This document shows positions 60,501-64,000 of a stretch of DNA of 64,000 bases, in pieces. Below the pieces are notes generated by a model. The model was not told where the DNA came from, searched no databases, and was given only the letters and a program-made list of their open reading frames with translations. The stretch's first letter is position 1; each line of letters begins with the position of its first letter. The DNA is from a candidate division FCPU426 bacterium (GTDB taxonomy: Bacteria > Oederibacteriota > Muellerivitia > Muellerivitales > Muellerivitaceae): positions 32,001 to 96,000 of the forward strand of contig CAWKAR010000027.1 in the NCBI GenBank assembly GCA_963847625.1, in the 5' to 3' direction. Position numbers and translations under genes: made by a program.

Positions 60501-63500
60501 ACGTCAACGAACACCAATACGCCAACGAATACCTCTACTTCCACGTCAACCCCGACCAGGACGAACACAACGACCAACACACTTACAAATACACTGACGA
60601 ATACGCCCACGAATACGGCAACCCTCACGTCAACCCCAACCAGGACGAACTCGCCGACCGTTACGATCACAAGCACGTCGACGAATACGTCCATTTACAC
60701 GTCAACGAACACCAATACGCCCACGAATACCTCTACTTCCACATCAACCCCAACCAGAACGAACACACCCACCAGCACACTTACAAATACGCCGACGAAT
60801 ACGCCCACGAATACGGCGACCTCCTCATCAACCCCGACCAGAACGAATTCGCCGACCGTTACGGTCACGAGTACGTCGACGAATACGTCCATTTACACGT
60901 CAACGAACACCTCTACGGCCACGAATACGGCGACCTCCACGTCAACCCCGACTAGGACGAACACACCCACCAGCACACTTACAAATACGCCGACGAATAC
61001 GCCCACGAATACGGCGACCTCCTCATCAACCCCGACCAGAACGAATTCGCCGACCGTTACGATCACAAGTACGCCGACGAATACGTCCATTTACACGTCA
61101 ACGAACACCAATACGCCCACGAATACCTCTACTTCCACGTCAACCCCGACCAGGACGAACACACCGACCAACACACTTACAAATACACTGACGAACACGC
61201 CCACGAATACGGCGACTCCCACACCAACCCCAACCAGGACGAACACGCCGACCGTTACGATCACAAGTACGCCGACGAATACGTCCCTTTACACGCCAAC
61301 GAACACCAATACACCTACGAATACGGCGACCTCCACATCAACTCCGACCAGAACGAATTCGCCGACCGTTACGGTCACGAGTACGTCGACGAATACGTCC
61401 ATTTACACGTCAACGAATACCAATACGCCCACGAATACGGCGACTCTCACACCAACCCCGACCAGAACGAACACGCCGACCGTTACGGTCACGAGTACGT
61501 CGACGAATACGTCCATTTACACGTCAACGAATACCAATACGCCCACGAACACGGCGACGAGCACTTCCACCAGCACACGGACGAACACGCTCACCAGCAC
61601 GGCCACGAATACGCCGACAAATACACCCACGAATACGACGACCGCGACGAATACCCTAACCCGGACATCCACGCCCACGCTGACGAATACTCCCACGAAC
61701 ACACCGACGAATACGCCCACAAATACGCCGACGAATACTTTAACCAGCACCCGGACGCCCACGCCGACGAATACACCTACGCTGACGATAACGTTCACGG
61801 CGACCGATACCAGCACAGGGACTCAGTCGCCCACGCCCACTGCGACTAATACGCCCACGGTCACCCATACGCCTACAAACACTAATACTCTAACCCAGAC
61901 GAACACACCGACGCGGACCTCTACATCCACAGCCACACCCACGCCAACGAGTACATCCACGAATACTCCTACGAACACCCCGACGCGGACATTCACGTCC
62001 ACAGCCACAAATACGCCGACGAATACGTCTGTTAACACGGCCACGGCCACACCCACGCCAACGAATACGTCCGTTAACACATCCACAAACACACCGACGA
62101 GCACGTTGACGCGGACCTCCACGCCCACAGCCACACCCACGCTGACGAATACGCCCGTTAACACGCTTACTAACACCTCTACACCCACGCTGACGTACAC
62201 GCCCACGAACACGCCGACGAATACGTCCACGAACACACCCACGAACACTCCGACACGGACCTCCACAGCCACAAACACGCCGACGAATACGCCCACGAAC
62301 ACGCCGACGAATACTTTGACCAACACCAGGACGAATACGCCAACAGACACACCGACAATGACGATCACCAATACGCCGACGGTGACGTCCACGATCACCA
62401 ATACCAGCACAGGGACTCAGTCGCCCACACCCACGGTGACCAATACGCCCACGGTCACTAATACGCCGACCCATACCGCGACACCCACACTGACGAGTAC
62501 GGCTACCTCTACGCCGACACTGACGGTGACGCTCACATCGACACGGACGCCGACATCCACGTCTACAAACACACCGACCAACACGGCAACGAATACGCCA
62601 ACGTCGACCGGAACAAGCACAGCAACGAGGACGCCGACTTCCACATCCACATCGACTCCGACGATAACGCTGACGCCGACCCCGACAGTGACAATTACGC
62701 CGACGAACACGCCGACGCGGACCTCCACGTCCACAGCCACAAACATGCCGACGAATACACCCACCAATACGCCGACGAATACTTTAACCAGCACCAGGAC
62801 TCCCACGCCGACGAATACACCTACGCCGACGGTAACGTCCACGGCGACCGATACCAGCACAGGGACTCAGTCGCCCACGCCCACGGCGACTAATACGCCC
62901 ACGGTCACCAATACACCGACCTATACAGCGACATCCACGGCGACGAGTACGCCCACGGTCACCAATACGCCGACCCGCACACCTACCAACACGCCCACGC
63001 CCACAAACACCAATACCCCGACCCCGACTTACACCTCCACGCCGACGCCCACCCCAACGCCGACTAACACAGCTACTTCCACCCCGACGCCCACGAGCAC
63101 GTCCACGAATGTTCCCACGAATACGTTTACTCCGACATCCACCCCCACTCCGACTGTCACGTCAACCCCGACTCCAACACCTGTGACCTTGCAAGTTTCG
63201 CAGGGTACTTCACCCCCTCCAAATACGAGCCAGGTACCCGGGGCATCGGCTGTGACGGTGCAACAGGTTCTAGTGTCAAATCCAAGCAACAACCCGGTGA
63301 CACTCACCAGCCTCGTTTTGACGGATACGAGTACGTCGGGGAATCCTTCCACGGACATCACATCGGTGACGGTGTATGAGAATGGGGTGTCGGTTACCAG
63401 CGCGACGTTTAGCGGGCCATCGGTGACGCTCAATTTGAACAATACTGTTGTGCCGGGGAATGGGAGTGTAACATTCGAGATTGTGGCCGCGATTTCAACC

Positions 63501-63962
63501 ACGGCCATTGGGACAGACACGGACTCATTCAGCGTAACGGGTATAACCGGGACCAACGGGCAGTCCACCCATTCCAACGGGTTACCAGTCCAAGGGGCGG
63601 TGGTTACGATCGAGGCTCCAACCGCGACGGCGACGTCCACATATACGAGGACATCCTCCCCCACGGCGACTCCGGTTGGGAAAAATGGAGTGGTTGTATA
63701 TCCAAATCCGGTGAGCGGCCCGGGTCCGGTGACGATCCAGGTTAATTTGACCCAAAAGGAATCGCTTGTTCGGGTCGAGATCTTCACACTGGCTTTCCGG
63801 AAGGTGAATGAGATTGATCTGACCCAAGTGCCGGCGGGGATTACCAGTGTGACCATTCCCCTGAAGGACATGGGAGGAATTCCCCTGGCCAACGGCCTCT
63901 ACTACATAATTGTCCAAACGCCCCAGGGCCGCCTCGTCACCAAATTGCTTGTCTTGAGATGA
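57498..63962 (+). CDS. Paralogous secreted clan GH-A glycoside hydrolase with CBM-like domain, Thr-rich stalk, Ig-like domain and T9SS-like C-terminal domain
   Basis: [14 protein letters not shown] and WMTEY; CBM-like ...YVDNIRL domain; the last ~1.3 kb is nearly identical to the 50751 gene. Confidence 0.82.
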   Translation: MTDIRKENSKRFFICLLLWNRFLNYFSKVILPSILIVITPLWSSVAWATTSTVTVNAASVSVVLPNTLFGQNYAVYDGSATVGKTAYIQAVSAMGAYQLRYPGGGYGDMINWNNVTCQASYMPTIAQSVSFASAAGVKLQPIVNYAGYWCGASNGHTAAVSLASAWVTYMNKSPAAMPTTYWEVGNETFVSGEEGYTSDDNTGGATYGNNFVDFYNSMKAVDSTIKIGAQCQFDHAGFSQGAVTAIKAKGVTMDFIISHSYPIYNATDTQAEDYTLLTTDVTAATTQTTALNNILSAAGYPTTIPKWMTEYRSSVPENKAVEWVDAMWVSQYLLELGRNGWQGANIWDIKNGFNTSYSSDYGLLRGGTSNSDDTPIDTPRPTWYVYPFLSRVFGRNLVNSSSSSASLGCWSSTDTSGNLTIFMVNNDFSNACTATVSISGFSPGTAGSIWTLQPGGTTKSSGTTPIEQQRGVTINGTFNPAVSSIPGTGNSITTGASFNVTVPIASMVLVKVPSGGSPVPTSTFTRTFTSTTTPTMTPTKCAVVFNGCNTATDNGTWSGTVGTRTFITSGYPTGALTEGTGLMKVAVGATTLTWDNALFNLAGFTPTVFTGYVQLTLDLNLDAAITNLWGSYHTMQLVADSSTNNLYSVSISSTQPTLVAGQQTLSFTLDYPASITSTMPLSTLYFVLNTGSAVTGINMYVDNIRLLASCGVPTATLTPTQTNTPTITRTNTSTNTPTSTPTNTRTNTPNNTPTYTATNTSTNTATSTSTPTRTNTATNTYTTAPTNTSTSTPTATPTRTNTATNTYTTAPTNTSTSTPTATATRTNSPTNTVTPTSTNTSVNTATNTATSTSTPTRTNTPTSTLTNTPTNTPTNTATVTPIATRTNSPTNTVTPTSTNTSVNTATNTATSTSTPTRTNTLTSTLTNTPTNTPTNTATVTPTATRTNSPTGTVTPTSTNTSVNTPTNTSTATNTATSTSTPTRTNTPTSTLTNTPTNTPIYTSTNTNTPTNTSTSTSTPTRTNTTTNTLTNTLTNTPTNTATLTSTPTRTNSPTVTITSTSTNTSIYTSTNTNTPTNTSTSTSTPTRTNTPTSTLTNTPTNTPTNTATSSSTPTRTNSPTVTVTSTSTNTSIYTSTNTSTATNTATSTSTPTRTNTPTSTLTNTPTNTPTNTATSSSTPTRTNSPTVTITSTPTNTSIYTSTNTNTPTNTSTSTSTPTRTNTPTNTLTNTLTNTPTNTATPTPTPTRTNTPTVTITSTPTNTSLYTPTNTNTPTNTATSTSTPTRTNSPTVTVTSTSTNTSIYTSTNTNTPTNTATLTPTPTRTNTPTVTVTSTSTNTSIYTSTNTNTPTNTATSTSTSTRTNTLTSTATNTPTNTPTNTTTATNTLTRTSTPTLTNTPTNTPTNTPTNTPTNTLTSTRTPTPTNTPTLTITFTATDTSTGTQSPTPTATNTPTVTHTPTNTNTLTQTNTPTRTSTSTATPTPTSTSTNTPTNTPTRTFTSTATNTPTNTSVNTATATPTPTNTSVNTSTNTPTSTLTRTSTPTATPTLTNTPVNTLTNTSTPTLTYTPTNTPTNTSTNTPTNTPTRTSTATNTPTNTPTNTPTNTLTNTRTNTPTDTPTMTITNTPTVTSTITNTSTGTQSPTPTVTNTPTVTNTPTHTATPTLTSTATSTPTLTVTLTSTRTPTSTSTNTPTNTATNTPTSTGTSTATRTPTSTSTSTPTITLTPTPTVTITPTNTPTRTSTSTATNMPTNTPTNTPTNTLTSTRTPTPTNTPTPTVTSTATDTSTGTQSPTPTATNTPTVTNTPTYTATSTATSTPTVTNTPTRTPTNTPTPTNTNTPTPTYTSTPTPTPTPTNTATSTPTPTSTSTNVPTNTFTPTSTPTPTVTSTPTPTPVTLQVSQGTSPPPNTSQVPGASAVTVQQVLVSNPSNNPVTLTSLVLTDTSTSGNPSTDITSVTVYENGVSVTSATFSGPSVTLNLNNTVVPGNGSVTFEIVAAISTTAIGTDTDSFSVTGITGTNGQSTHSNGLPVQGAVVTIEAPTATATSTYTRTSSPTATPVGKNGVVVYPNPVSGPGPVTIQVNLTQKESLVRVEIFTLAFRKVNEIDLTQVPAGITSVTIPLKDMGGIPLANGLYYIIVQTPQGRLVTKLLVLR

Positions 63963-63981
63963 ACTTTGGGTAAGGCAATTG

Positions 63982-64000
63982 TGGGAGTAAAATACTCCCA
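63982..64000 (+). terminator. Hairpin after the last gene, possible terminator cut by the window edge
   Basis: TGGGAGTA-AAA-TACTCCCA perfect 8-bp stem; no U-tract is visible inside the window. Confidence 0.4.

Noticed and set aside
45997..63892. Many long Val-rich minus-strand ORFs (e.g. 52736..54334, 59759..60496, 39995..40486)
   Set aside because: Antisense shadows of ACN-rich Thr repeats; they have no independent starts or domains.

Overview
A 64-kb window of chromosome from a diderm, polysaccharide-degrading bacterium. The gene mix (PorV/UPF0164-type barrel, Thr/Pro-rich secreted proteins ending in a T9SS-type-A-like C-terminal domain, PocR-AraC regulator, moderately high-GC codon usage) looks to me more like a candidate phylum such as FCPU426 or an Elusimicrobia relative than like Bacteroidota; this is inference. 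The first ~24 kb is mostly housekeeping and metabolism: GH67 alpha-glucuronidase with an apparent AUC start, HAD, EamA, two PilZ paralogs, GH5, yjbQ, LysR plus frameshifted leuC and leuD, a toxin-antitoxin pair, DODA dioxygenase, a fragmented liv operon with folD inside it, and a metallophosphoesterase. It also holds an AT-rich cassette bounded by a duplicated yjbQ 3' end and a 22-bp tandem repeat array. From ~24.5 kb to the end is a secretion/cargo region: six large secreted proteins share a conserved C-terminal sorting-like domain (CTD), alongside a PorV-like outer-membrane barrel and an ECF sigma factor whose membrane anti-sigma itself ends in a CTD/FlgD-like domain. A shared ECF-type promoter motif lies upstream of the sigma gene and of cargo genes. 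The best candidate for an undescribed system is this T9SS-like secretion module with an anti-sigma that may sense secretion. No rRNA, tRNA, CRISPR array or transposase was recognised.
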